DNA from: Eledone cirrhosa
Taxonomy: Eukaryota
Assembly (NCBI GenBank): GCA_964016885.1
Contig: OZ024741.1
Coordinates: 133,920,001 to 133,984,000, forward strand
Direction: 5' to 3'
Length of the DNA: 64,000 bases
The notes below the pieces were generated by a model that saw nothing but the letters and a program-made list of their open reading frames with translations, searched no databases and was not told the DNA's origin. Positions 24,177 through 37,143 of the stretch are shown piece by piece. Every line of letters begins with the position of its first letter. Positions within the stretch are counted from its first letter, which is position 1. A program made the position numbers and the translations under genes.

Positions 24177-24220
24177 ATTGTCTATGCATTTCGAACTTAA
24201 ATGGTTCTCATCAGGACAAT
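24177..24220 (-). ncRNA. Minimal type-I hammerhead ribozyme
   Basis: Minus strand ATTGTC-CTGATGA-GAAC-CATTTAA-GTTC-GAAA-TGCA-TA-GACAAT: perfect helices I and II, canonical core, palindromic helix III (ATGCAT). Confidence 0.85.
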
Positions 24221-24362
24221 GCTTCCACCTGCTTACTGCTGAACTTTGGGACAGGCAAAAATATATAGTTTTTTCGCCTGTGTATGTGGGCTGATTAGCC
24301 TCATTTGCATACGAAGCTGTATAAATTGGCTCAACTTAAAATAGAATTGAGAATTGTAATAA

Positions 24363-24553
24363 ACAAAATGAGATTAAATTCCCAGTTTCATCTGTCGAAT
24401 ACGTACGTAGGTTTCTCTGTGGAATTATTTCCGGATCTCATCAGTCCGACATACATTTCAAAGATGTCGAACTGACGAGCTACGGAAATAATAATTCCAC
24501 AGAGAAAAACGTGTTATTCGACAGATGAAAATGGGATTTTAAACTCATTTTGT
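24363..24553. repeat. Imperfect ~190-bp palindrome
   Basis: Nested inverted arms TTTCATCTGTCGAATA/TATTCGACAGATGAAA and TTTCTCTGTGGAATTAT/ATAATTCCACAGAGAAA. Confidence 0.8.
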
Positions 24554-24899
24554 ATATATATGTGTGTGTGCGTGTGTGTGCGTGTGCGTGTGTGTGCGTG
24601 TGCGTGTGTGTGTGTGTGTGTTGAAATTGCTGATATCTAAGTACAGATTTGCTTCAATAATAATAGCGTTAGAAACTCGGATAAAATACCCTTAAGGACA
24701 GAAAATATGTGAGCTGCAGCCTCTACAGAGAATTGAACTCTGTATCTGTGTTTGCATGTCAACATTTTCAAATTTCACATCATCCATGCACTTCGATAAA
24801 TCATAATAATAAATACAAAGACCAACATCCAGTGAAGTCTTGATACTCTTCTGCATTGTCATAGAATCCATAATCTTGAAAACAGTAGTAGAACGCAAC

Positions 24900-25420
24900 T
24901 TAGGTTTCTTTATTGGTGGTCCACTGCGGTCAAATCTTAGCTACACCGATAACATAGCCACTGTAAACAGCTCTAGTTAAGATATGTAAAAATACCTAGC
25001 TAGACATGGAGCAGAAGTTAGGCTATTTGTAAACATTTTCAAAACTAAATGTATGTCAACAGATAAGAATAATCAACCTCTACACATGAAAACATATAAC
25101 TCATACAAGTTTCAGAATTTGTCTAAGCTATAAACTGTCAAGTACAAATGATGGTTATGTTGCCGTTCATCACAAAATAGCCTTAGGCTGGGCATTTTTG
25201 AAGGAAAAAATATATAAATTGTATGATCTACCTGTTTTGAATGTGTGAACTGGATATCATCCATGATTAGTAAAATCAAGACCTTTCAAAACTATATTAT
25301 GAGGTTCATGACAAACCACAAACTATTCGATCATATAAAAATTGTGGATATATTAGATGCACATTATAGTTCCCATAATATACATCATCAAAAGCAAAGT
25401 CGCGAAGTTTTTTAGTCCCG
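24900..25420 (+). mobile_element. Highly decayed RTE-like RT fragment
   Basis: LSYTDNIA (YADD-like) followed by KTKCM; many stops. Confidence 0.4.
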
Positions 25421-25589
25421 TAACTCCTGCAGGATATCGTAGAGGCAACGTATTGACATATGACGTTTCTAGGGCATCCTTTTTAAACCTGGCGGAACCA
25501 ATTCCTCTCCAGGTCTGAATATAACACATTTCTTCCAGAGAAGGATAGAGAGTGTGAAAGAATGGAAGTGAGAAAGAGATATAAAGGAA

Positions 25590-25749
25590 GAACCGACCCC
25601 AGTACTAGACGGGTACTTCATTATCTACCTTAAATGAATGAAAGGCAAAGTTGACCTCGACGGGGTTTAAACTTAGAGAGCAGAGAGCCGAAACAAATAC
25701 TGCAAACCATTCTATCCGATGTTCTAACAACTCTGCCAATTCGCCGCCT
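25590..25749 (-). mobile_element. SINE family A, diverged
   Basis: GAAAGGCAAAGTTGACCTCGACGGGG...CTGCCAATTCGCCGCC. Confidence 0.7.
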
Positions 25750-26356
25750 ACATATATATGTTTGTCAAATCATCAGCCGTCTGATCATATAAACCACAAT
25801 TCGTCCGTCTGGTTTTGAATATTTATTACAAAATTAAGAAACACTAATTTTTATGGATTTATTAACAATAATATGTTTAAAATGAAATTAAAATCAGTGA
25901 ATAAAATTTAAAAGATAAGATTAAAATCAGGCAATTTTTATGGTTTAAAAATTGCCCTAATAATGAGTCCTTTCTAAGATGGTAAGGCGTGCTTTTATGG
26001 AAATGTTGGCTGCTATATCTAGTGGATCAAGCAATCTCGTTGGTTCGTTTTATTTTGTTTTTGTGTTTGCTTCCCAGTGGGATTTTTCTTGTTTTCGTCA
26101 TGTTTTATGGACTGCTTTAACATAATGGAGCATTTGTTTTTATATAATGGAGATTCTGCGTCAAATTTGATGAAGCCAATCATAACCGGAAATAACAAAC
26201 AACTCGATTTATCACATCTGGAGTTTAGCTCTTTTAATAAGAGCGACTGCTTGCTACAAATATTAATAGAACAAAACTGGATATATAGTCGACGATGTTG
26301 GAAGTTCAGGTGTCAGAATTTTAAAATGAAGAGAGGAAAAATATTTTTTTCCTCAA

Positions 26357-26797
<441 letters not shown>

Positions 26798-28240
26798 TAA
26801 TTGTGTATTCATTCTTGAGTGAAATACAAAGCGGTGAAAACATTCACACAAAAACTTGTGTTAAAATTAACTGAAATTATCCATATAATTAGAAGAGATT
26901 AACTCTCTCTAATGGTGTTTAAAATCTAAAAACAACGATCAATGTAATTAACTGCAATATAGACAACTGCAAGGTAGTCAACTGAAGTTTTGGGTAAAAT
27001 GCACAGTGTATAGAGGAGGGATCTCCTTTAGAGGAAATTTTTCACTACTAATTGCGGGGATGAACTCAGTTAATCTAAGTTTTTCAACTCACTATATTAC
27101 AGTAGTAACGTCCCTCTGAGATATTTCTTCCCACTATCGATCATGATAACACACCATATTTATTTATTTACATAATACTATCTGTAACACTAAAATTTAC
27201 ACACAATATAACTCCCATCTTAATCGTGTTGGTAAAATAAGAAGTTCGCTTTCCCATCTCAAAGTCCCGAGTTCTAACCCTATATTTGTCCCTGAAAAAT
27301 AGTCATTTCTCCAACGTTCCTCGTACACTTAACCCTGTATGTCATTTCTACATATATGTTGAACCTTTATGTAATTATATCCTAGAAATCAATTATTAAG
27401 ATATTCTTATCAAAAAGCAATTTTTTCTGTTTGTATCATTAATTATATACCCAGTAATCCTAGGATATACGGCATACATATCTTGGATTCTGAAAATTAA
27501 ATACGTTCGACACTATTGCAGTCATTACTGACGAAGCAGACCCTCTACCTTTATTAATAATCCGCGTCATTAAATTTCCTCGATTTCTATATATACTAAT
27601 CACTTCTAAGTATTACTGAATATATTACACTTCATGGGGAAATCTGATTAAAAATTGTCCACTGTTTCCTCAAATAAGCTTTAAAGCCCTTCAAACAATT
27701 CGGTTAACTGAGCTTATTGGAGTTATCTCCCTTGTGTTTTTTTTTTTGTGTGTTTTTTTAGATTATATACACGCAGTAAGCCTAAGTCTCTTTGACTAAA
27801 GGGTTAAATTGCAACAAGCATTAAGTCAATAACTTCACTGTCCGGATGAAAATTTGATTACTTCCGCAGACAAGAATATATGTTCTAATATCGTGATTTA
27901 ATTACCATACATCTCTAATGAAAATGGAATAGCTTATAAGACCCCGCTGCGTTTTAATCTTGCGGCGGAGAGAAGTATTTCTTTGTGTTAATACACAAAC
28001 AGATATACACAACGGGGAGATGCACGCGCGTACGGACACCTCCACCAGACGAAGGCACGCACATTTTCAAACAAAATATAGGAGAGATATAGCAAGCTAG
28101 CAAGAGATGCATTGCTAACACATACACACATGCACACACGCGCGCACGCACGCACACACACACACACACACACACATATATACATATATATATATAGTTG
28201 TACAAGTATATATATATGTGTGTGAGTGTGCGTGTGTGCA

Positions 28241-28325
<85 letters not shown>

Positions 28326-28453
28326 AAAGTTATATTTAAAATGTTGGGTTAACAACGAGTAAATATTTATAACTGATATAAAAGCACTCAACAAGTATTT
28401 GGAGTATATTTATGATATTAAATAAATGGAAACTATATTTATAAAACCATATT

Positions 28454-28519
28454 TATTTCGTTATATATATTTCAGGGATATCATATTAACAATATGTTAT
28501 GCCTTCTTCAGACAAAATA
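28454..28519 (-). ncRNA. Minimal hammerhead ribozyme (mirror copy)
   Basis: Reverse complement of 28667-28732. Confidence 0.7.
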
Positions 28520-28666
28520 CAATATAAACAGTCTTATAAATAAATAGATACGACATACCTTTCAATCACCTTGCATTTGGGAGGTTGATTTGGCAGATCA
28601 ACCTCCCAAATGCAAGGTGATTGAAAGGTATGTCGTATCTATTTATTTATAAGACTGTTTATATTG

Positions 28667-28732
28667 TATTTTGTCTGAAGAAGGCATAACATATTGTTAA
28701 TATGATATCCCTGAAATATATATAACGAAATA
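28667..28732 (+). ncRNA. Minimal type-I hammerhead ribozyme
   Basis: TATTTTGT-CTGAAGA-[AGGCATAACATATT-GTT-AATATGATATCCCT]-GAAA-TATATA-TA-ACGAAATA; 8-bp helix I with one GU pair, long helix II with two mismatches, palindromic helix III. Confidence 0.72.
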
Positions 28733-28769
28733 AATATGGTTTTATAAATATAGTTTCCATTTATTTAAT

Positions 28770-28803
<34 letters not shown>

Positions 28804-29385
28804 AAGCTACAACATACCCGCTCAGGCTAAGAACGAAAGACTTGTTGAAGAAGTAAAACCTATGTTCTGTCGTCAAAAACCATTATATTGCAGACTCCTG
28901 CAATAGGAATTTGTCGATCTTGGATTTGCAGAAACTTAGCGTTGATGTTGGATGCTATATATGTAAGTTATATATTTTGCACTCAGCCTCACCGCTATGT
29001 CCGGGTCAGTATAAAATCTTTTCCTGGGTCCTGTATTTTCGTTGCTCTGGTGATGCGGCTGGACTGCCGACCGCTATATCTGATTTGCTAAGCTGTCTGA
29101 ACGTAATGTTATTACTCTGGGGTCTTTCCTCATCTGAGTGCTCAAGCTACAGACCGATTATGCATATACGCTAGCTTGGCCGTATTCCAAAGCTTCGTCA
29201 ATGCTGTACTAAAATTTATATATATATATATAATCAATTAAACGGAGCAAAATCTAAAATGTAGGTTTGAACCGTTTAATTGATTATTTGTCTAGTTAAT
29301 TTCTACGGACTAAGAGGTAACACTAGGTAAATGTTGTCTGACTGTTACTCACAGAGGAAAATAGATAACATTATCTGTGAATTTC

Positions 29386-29558
29386 CAGTATTGGTAGAGG
29401 GTCAGACATGCTTTCCAGCGTAGTTACGTCCCTTTACGATCTGAGTTCAAATCCCGCCGAGGTTAACTTTGCCTTTCATCCTTACAGGGTCGATAAAATA
29501 AAGTACCAGTAATACACTGGGTAATTGCTGGCCTTGTGCCTAAAGTAGAAACAATTAT
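29386..29558 (+). mobile_element. SINE family A
   Basis: Head, B-box, core and tail. Confidence 0.85.
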
Positions 29559-29564
29559 CTGTTA

Positions 29565-32500
29565 CTAGCAGAAGAACCACCCCACCCCCCGGGCGGTTTT
29601 CCGCTAGCATATATAGCGTGCATATTGATATACTCAAATATATATGCACATAGATATGATACGTAAATTGACAATATGCACATAAACTGAACAAAGACTG
29701 TGTTACACTTACTTCTGTAATCAGTAAAGTAATCCCTGATACATTTTTAAAAAAGGCGATAATGGAGATGGAAAAGCGATGAAACTGTTGACGGAAAATG
29801 TTCATGAATCTTCACTTGAGAATGTCGATGGGAAACTTCAAGCAGTGAATTTGAAAATAGTTGCTGCTGGTATGAATGAATTAATTATATTTACCAATAT
29901 GAAGAGTTGACCTTCGCTATATTGTTGTTTTACTGTATTCACATATAGACTTCTTAAGTTTTTGTAGTGTCCCTTTTCTAGCAGTTAAAAAGAAACTGAA
30001 ATGCATTTCAACTAAAAGAGAGTGATGGCTGTCTCACATCACTGTAGAATTTCTTTGTAGACACAGTTGTCAGCAAACAGACCCCTTTCATTTAATATTT
30101 TTATATTTTCTTTTTTTGTAACTCGTGATAATGCAACATACATCTGACCATGTGAAAAGAATTATGTTGGTAGATATACAACTATCTTTTCAGATGTCTG
30201 CCCTTGTGCCTTGTTGCATGTAAGGGCAAAGGCTCGTTTGATAGGAAATTGCTTGCGAGTAAAGGTGAAAGGGAACTCAAGCTCTTGAGATACATGTGGT
30301 ATCCTTGGGATTAACAACATTGTTCCAGCATTGGGACCCAATGCCACTTTAGCTTCAATTACATAATTATGTAAACTGATGATGATGTAGCGTGTACCAT
30401 TGCAATGCTCGTTTAGAGGATCCAGATTTCTCAGAAGCATGATGCAACTGCTTTGCTTCAGTTTAAGTATCTGTATTGGGCAGCCTGATGGGGTAAGTTT
30501 GTTGATGAACTCAATTGGATATTGCAGTTCATTATCTACTGTATCAGAGCTTCTGTAGATTATTTCATGACCAGGGAACTTGTTGACCATGAACTCATTC
30601 ACCAATCTTGCTGCATCATTTGTTGGAGTGATAATGGCTCTATTTGCAAGCCATAGTGGATTTGTGCAGTTTCCTGGAAGATTTGTATACACAAAATCAC
30701 ACAGTCCAGACACATTGCCATATTCCAGACAAAGTTCATTTGGCAGAAGAATTGTGAATACACCTACAGTGGGTACAGTTGGAATGTTACCATTTCCCAC
30801 ATCAAGAAGGTAGTTTGCAAACTGTCTTTCATCAGAATCCTCTGCATTAATTAATTGTTGATTGGTTGTCATCTCCATGGTTTCCCCATAGTCCCAGAGA
30901 TAGGATCTCTTGATGGTTGCCTCAACTATTTGTGGTCTAGTACCATGACGTACAACTGGAAGAATTTGCTTCCAGTCACCAGATAGTAATACTGTTAGAC
31001 CACCAAATGGCTTTTCGCAATCTCGAACATCTTTGAAGCTCCTGTCAAGGCATTCAAAGATATCTCATCAATGATTAGCAGGTCAGCTTGCTGCATAAGT
31101 TTACCTGTGTCATCCCTCTTTGTGAAGAAGCAAGTTGATTCAGCAGTCACATTGAGAGGAATATTGCACTTGGAATGAAGAGTTCTACCTTTGTGAAGCA
31201 AAGTGGCTGCTATTCCAGATATGGCAGTGGCAAGTGCAATTTTCTTTCAGATCGGAGGTAGTCCAATAGGATGTTTATGACATAGGTCTTTCCTGTACCT
31301 GCACTTGCAGTCAAGCAGAACATTCTGCCTTCATTTTCATTTACAAAGGTGATTACTTTGTGAAATATAACCAGTTGCTCAGGATTCAATGTTGGCAGAA
31401 GTTCATTTATGTTTGCTTGCAGCTGGTGTGTATTGAAATCAGTTTCTGCCATAAGAACCCTGTTGATTTCTGGTATGGCACAAATAGTTGGGTCTGGCCG
31501 AGGAAGTCCATAGTTGGCATGAATGTCCAATCCATCATGTTGAAGTCTTTGTTGGATCTTCTGTAGTACATTCTGCACAGTTTGCATAGACATGACTTGC
31601 TCATGACGTTCATGCATGATATCCTCTGCAAGACAATTCTTCCCTTTCTCCCAGAACTGCAGAGGGTCATTTGGCATGCTGTACAATAAAATGGTACAGA
31701 AGATCTCTCGCAGCTGAAGACCAAGAGTAATGGATGAGGCCTCTTCCATAGCTTTGTCTTTTTCTCCATCCTCATCTAACAGACCAAGTTTCCTGCATGC
31801 TTCTTGGAATATTGGAAATTCAACTCCTTCAATTGTCCTCAAATCTTTATATGAAGTTGACCCAGCCTTGTGATGTAGGATCATTCTGAGGTAATATAAT
31901 TCAGATTGATGTCTACTGAGGGATACTGTTGGAATGCGTCCAAGAGATTCACTCATAAATTGTTGATCACCATCCAGATGTCCCTTTTTTCTTCTTTGCC
32001 ACTTTTTGTTTGTCCAAGTGAAATATTTAGGAATATCAATATACAATATGTTTTGTGCCAGTGGGTCTCTAATATTCAGTTGAAAATATTCCGTCAACTT
32101 AGTCATTGGCTGTTCCCTAGAAACAACACTTTCTTCCTACCCTCGCTCATACACGAACATTTGTTCCCCAGGTTAATGGCAAGGCAAATTTTCAACTGGC
32201 GGTTGTCGATGATTTAATGGAAATTTATCGATTCTCCAGAATGCTTCACTGCCTGAGTTGTACCGTGCATTGATATAGGTCTCAATCTCATATTGGACAT
32301 TGACACAATTTCCTTGATCATCCTTAATAGTGAAAGTGATCTTGTCTGATCCTTTTGTGATGTATTTATATAAGTACTTAACAGCCTTGACACTTTGGAC
32401 AACCCCACAATTGATGTGGCACTGATATCTCAATGAGAGGTAAGGGTTGTATGGAACAATCCAACAATTATCAACAGTAAATTCTTGACCTTTAAGTTGG

Positions 32501-33620
32501 ATTGTATGGGTGTGACCACTATGCTGTCTATCCCTTCTTCTATACTCCGGAAAGGAATTTTCGGCAACAAATGTGGTTTGTCTGAATGCCTTGGGATAAC
32601 TTTTTGAGAAATGGCGTTGTTGTCCTAGCCCTTCCATACATGAGCACATCATATTAGCTTGTCCACATGGGCCATGAATGTTGCAGGATGTGATGATCTT
32701 ATGCAGAATTGGATTGGTCTCTTTATCAGGAATCTCACAGTACACTACCTGATCAATGGCATCAGCAGTTTTGGGCTTGCTATCTTCAGCCATTATCAAC
32801 AGAATATGAGAATGAGTAAGGCCTCGTTTCTGCCACTCTATTGTAGCAGAATGAGCCACTTTCCTAGGACATTTTTTTTCAATGTTATCCATGATCTTGA
32901 AGACTCTTGCACAAATATCAGGACGGTCTCTAGGTTCTTCACCAGGGTGCAAACTATTTTTTATTTCATCCCAGTTAGGGTTAGTTGTTACCGTGATGAA
33001 ATAAGATGGCTTTCCCATGTGTCGAACCACAGTCATCGAATTCTGAAAGCACTCACTGTAGAAGCAAGGGAAACCATAGAATGAAGGAGGAAGAACAATT
33101 TTCCGGCCTGCATTTACTGAATCTCCTTCAGCCAGCGCATCATACAAACCCTCATACTTTTCAGCTCGTATCATGGTTTGATTGTTGCGGGCCCATTTGA
33201 GGCGACAATGTTCTATTTTTGCCTGGGCATCTACAGCAGATTGCTGCATCAGCCGCCTGCTCTTCATGATAATGTTACAGTCACCTTCCCTAACCTGAAA
33301 CCGATAACAGTAGAAATCAGTGAGTGTGAGTATTTGGTTATTGTCAATCCTTTTCAAACCAACCTGAAACCCATCATTCCCTCAAGGAAACAGTAGCACA
33401 TAATGCAGAGGATCATAAAAACGGTGCAACTGATGAATCCTCTGAAGACCACCATCTCTTTTATGAATGATGACATCCAAAAGACCTAATGTTGTATCAG
33501 GTTGAATAACAGCAATCTCAGATGCCATGGGGAGATTATATGTGCACATTATATGTGCAACACAGCAGCGTATTGGAAAAAATCCAAATCGCTTCATCTT
33601 TCTCTTTCACTCTCTCCCTC
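29565..33620 (-). mobile_element. Decayed autonomous Helitron (5' part missing or unclear)
   Basis: Rep and PIF1 helicase fragments; minus-strand 3' end is a hairpin followed by CTAG|T at 29565. Confidence 0.88.
30060..33540 (-). pseudogene. Helitron RepHel (HUH Rep plus PIF1 helicase), frameshifted
   Basis: YFITVTTNPNW, IEWQKRGLTHSHILL and KYLYKYITKG (Rep motifs 1-3); SAGTGKT, IIDEI, LLRNLD..CNGTR and FALTCNKAQGQT (helicase). Confidence 0.92.
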
Positions 33621-33847
33621 TATATATAGTATAGATATACCGGAAGTAATGAAATTTGAATTTTTTAAAAGAAGTGAATCTTGAATAATATTTTAATATA
33701 TGTTTAATCATGTGTTACGAAATTTAGTAGATAAATTATGTAATATTCATTCATTATTTATTCAAAGTAATCCAACTTATTTTACAAACGGGATAAAAAA
33801 ATTATATTCTAGACGCAGTCCCGCGCTCCTTACTTTATTATAGTTTA

Positions 33848-34039
33848 GTGGATGGATTGGCAGTATCGGTAGAGGGTTGGACGCCATGCTTTGACGCATA
33901 GAGTTACGGCCCTTGCCATTCTGAGTTCAAATCCCGCCGAGGTTATCTTTGCCTTTCATCCTTACGGGGGTCGATAAAATAAAGTACCAGTAATGCACTG
34001 AGTAATTGCTGGTCTTGTGCCAAAAGTAGAAACAATTAC
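33848..34039 (+). mobile_element. SINE family A
   Basis: Full-length match to the other copies. Confidence 0.88.
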
Positions 34040-34162
34040 AGTTTAAATTTCTTCAAAGTTAGATTTTAAACTTAGCTCCGTTTAATTGATTATTTATCTG
34101 GTTGATTTCTACGAGCTAAGGAGAAAAAATTGAATAAATTTTGTGTCTATTCTTCAAACATA

Positions 34163-34206
<44 letters not shown>

Positions 34207-34345
34207 GATGAATGCACCAACTAATGGTGAGGGTCCAAGCCGTATGATGAACTCAATGTAATCCGTATGTAGAAGATGTCGTGAAGCAAAGTTTAAAATA
34301 CAAAATTTCAACGATATAATTCATTGGAAGCAGAGTCAAAATAAT

Positions 34346-34493
34346 ACAAATAGTGAAAACAATGAAATTAAACAAAATACGGGTAATTCATACGGAGAAC
34401 TACGCCCCCCCCCCCCCCCAACGATCGTAAAATAATGAGTTTTACTATGAATTACCCGTATTTTGTTTAATTTCATTGTTTTCACTATTTGTT
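34346..34493. repeat. 47-bp inverted repeat at the 5' truncation of a Penelope fragment
   Basis: ACAAATAGTGAAAACAATGAAATTAAACAAAATACGGGTAATTCATA and its reverse complement. Confidence 0.85.
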
Positions 34494-36063
34494 TATTTAG
34501 ACTCATCGAAAAACACTTTTTTCCACTACAACACCGCTACCACAACATAATCAACAAAAACACTATCAAGCTCTCCTACAGCACCACACCTAACTTCGCA
34601 CAAAACATCGTCTCCTCAAACAACAAAAAACTCAACCCCTATGGAAGAAACAACCTAGACATTAGTGGAGAGCCGACCAGGAGGTGTAACTGCCCTGATA
34701 GATCTACGTTCCCGCTCAACAACAGATGCCGAGAACGTAACGTGATCTACCAGTGCAACGTGAGGACGGACACCTCCAACAAAGCTTATATAGGATTAAC
34801 CGCTTGTGACTTTTAGACCCGGCTCTACCAATACCGACATACGTTCCGAGATCCGGTCCGGCGACATGCCACCAAACTTTCGGGCCACTTCTGGGACGTC
34901 CAAGATAATAATATAACTTACAATCTTACTTGGAGCTTACTTCCAGAGCTAATTCTTACACGGGAGGACGCTGACCGTGTAACTTATGCTCGGAGGAAAC
35001 ATTACAAATACTGTTTACGAAGGTTCAACTCCTAAACAAAAAAGACGAACTGGTAACTGCATGCAAACACAGATTTCGTAAGACATACCTCGCCCTCAAA
35101 CCCCTTAACGATCCGGATGGGTAGACAAGGGCTGAAACACCCTACTTACCGAATAAGATAGGGGAAACCCCAGCTTACATAGGTAGATGTACCTCTTTTC
35201 TTTTCCTCTATGTTTTCTTCTTCCTTTTGTCTCCTCCTATCATTTCCTTCCACCACCGATCTTCTTCCTCGTTCATTTTTTTCCCCTTTCGCCTACCCCG
35301 AGGCAGCCCATCGGGCCTCTGTAGCCTCAGTACCTTAAAGATAGCATTGGCCGATTACGCTATACTAACTAATCATAGCAGCTGTGTTAGACCCTAGAGA
35401 TTTTGTATTACTTTTTACTACCCAATTCTACAATTTCAATAATTCTTATTTAGTATCTTCTATTCTCAACTCATTCTATAGCATTGGCCGAAAAAGCAAC
35501 ACCAAATAATATAGCAGCTGTTTTAGACTATAGTTTTTGTTTTTTGTCACTTCTCACTTTCCATTTTTATATTTTTATATATCTTTCTCTTATTTTTTTA
35601 TTGTCTCCTAATCTCATTTGATTTACCCATTCTATAACGTCCCTCCTCTATTTTCTCCAGAAACCTTTTTTCGCCTACCTCCTCTGACCTACTTTCATAC
35701 ACATTCCTTAGAATTTGCCGCATAGATCTCACTTTCAACGCTTGACCGGCTTCACCCACTCCCTCATCGTTCTACAGGCAAGTTCAACCACCCCCACCTC
35801 CCACCCACTGCCATGATAGACTTATTTGTGTTTACCAATCCTCTTGACAACTACAATCTTCCCATATAAGGAAGTACCCCTTGAAAAGTTCGGCTATTTA
35901 TTTACCAGATTAAAAATTCTAATTTAGTCCAGAAATACCCGTCGAAAGGGCTTGGGCTCTGCCGTCGGAGTCATACTTTCTCCTATTACCCATTCTACTA
36001 CCCTAAGTATTGAGTACTCTGGTGCGTTATGGTCCATCTGGTTCCTTACCACAACTCCTTCGT

Positions 36064-36065
<2 letters not shown>
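34494..36065 (+). mobile_element. 5'-truncated Penelope-like element (decayed GIY-YIG plus 3' UTR)
   Basis: INKNTIKLSYSTTPN, CNC..PL..C, VIYQC..AYIGLT and PCNLC..E, homologous to 20582-21568; 3' boundary approximate. Confidence 0.8.
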
Positions 36066-36097
<32 letters not shown>

Positions 36098-36125
36098 TGT
36101 ATGTATGTATGTATGTATGTATGTC

Positions 36126-36537
36126 TGGGAGAGATGACCCCTTAGCCTTTGTCAAGGCAGAATTCTAGGAGAAGGAAAACTCTGATATAACACCTACAAC
36201 CCTGATGGTATCCAATGATGTTGACTTGTTCTTCTTTTTGGTAAGTATCATCTTGGTTAAGAGAGTGGGACTGGCTTTGTGCAGTGCCTTTGCTCACTAT
36301 AAAAGCTTCACGGCACAGGCATTGCTTTATATCTGGAGATCTCTCTGCACTTGTCATCACATGGTACCATGGGCCCAGCACTATGTGTCAATAATTGTCA
36401 CAAGTGTAGTGTTTGTACCAGAGTTTTCAAATCGCTGGCTGGACTAAAAAGTCACACTCGTTCAGCGCATCGGTAGGGGTTCTCCTACATGGATATAAAG
36501 TAGTGGCCGTACTCGAAAACGAGTTGGCAGCCACCAT
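36126..36537 (+). mobile_element. 5'-truncated copy of the non-autonomous RTE-like retroposon within (TATG)n
   Basis: Inverted near-identical copy of 3251-3663, flanked on both sides by (TATG)n. Confidence 0.8.
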
Positions 36538-36562
36538 GTATGTATGTATGTATGTATGTATG

Positions 36563-36812
36563 TATGTATTGGAATTTCGTATTTCTAAAGAAATACGGTA
36601 TGTTTATAAATAAACATTTAGAAAGCCGTAGCTATGTTACGAGAATGAGAATGATGAGAATCAGTTTAGTTAGAAATGCATCGACGATTGTCCCCCTTGC
36701 TTCTGCTGGACAAGGCCAGGAGGCGATAGCCGCCGGTGTTTCTGTATAGCTTTCTAAATGTTTATTTATGAACATACCGTATTTCTTTAGAAATACAAGA
36801 TTCCAATACATA
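36563..36812. mobile_element. MITE-like element with ~63-bp terminal inverted repeats
   Basis: TATGTATTGGAATTTCGTATTTCTAAAGAAATACGGTATGTT...AACATACCGTATTTCTTTAGAAATACAAGATTCCAATACATA. Confidence 0.65.
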
Positions 36813-36960
36813 TCTGTATATAGATGTAGTTATGAATTGAATATCCAAAGGTGGGAGAGCATTCAATTTTTGATAGGAGTGGTTAACATTTGGTTAACTT
36901 ACAGAGCATTGGAAGATTAGAAATTTGAAAATATAGTCGTCATAATGCAAATAACTATAA

Positions 36961-37143
36961 ATAATTGTTTCTACTTTCGGCACAAGGACAGCAATTATCC
37001 CAGTTCATTACTGGTACTTTATTTCATCGACCCCGTAAGAATGAAAGGGAAAGTTAACCTCGGCGGGATTTGAACTCAGAATGGCAAGGGCCGTAACTCT
37101 ATGCGTCAAGACATGGCGTCCGACCCTCTACCGATACTGCCAA
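36961..37143 (-). mobile_element. SINE family A
   Basis: Reverse-complement match. Confidence 0.88.

Larger units (their letters stand above)
28411..28775. repeat. Perfect palindrome, 179-bp arms with 7-nt spacer
   Basis: 28411-28589 is the reverse complement of 28597-28775; spacer TTGGCAG. Confidence 0.95.
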
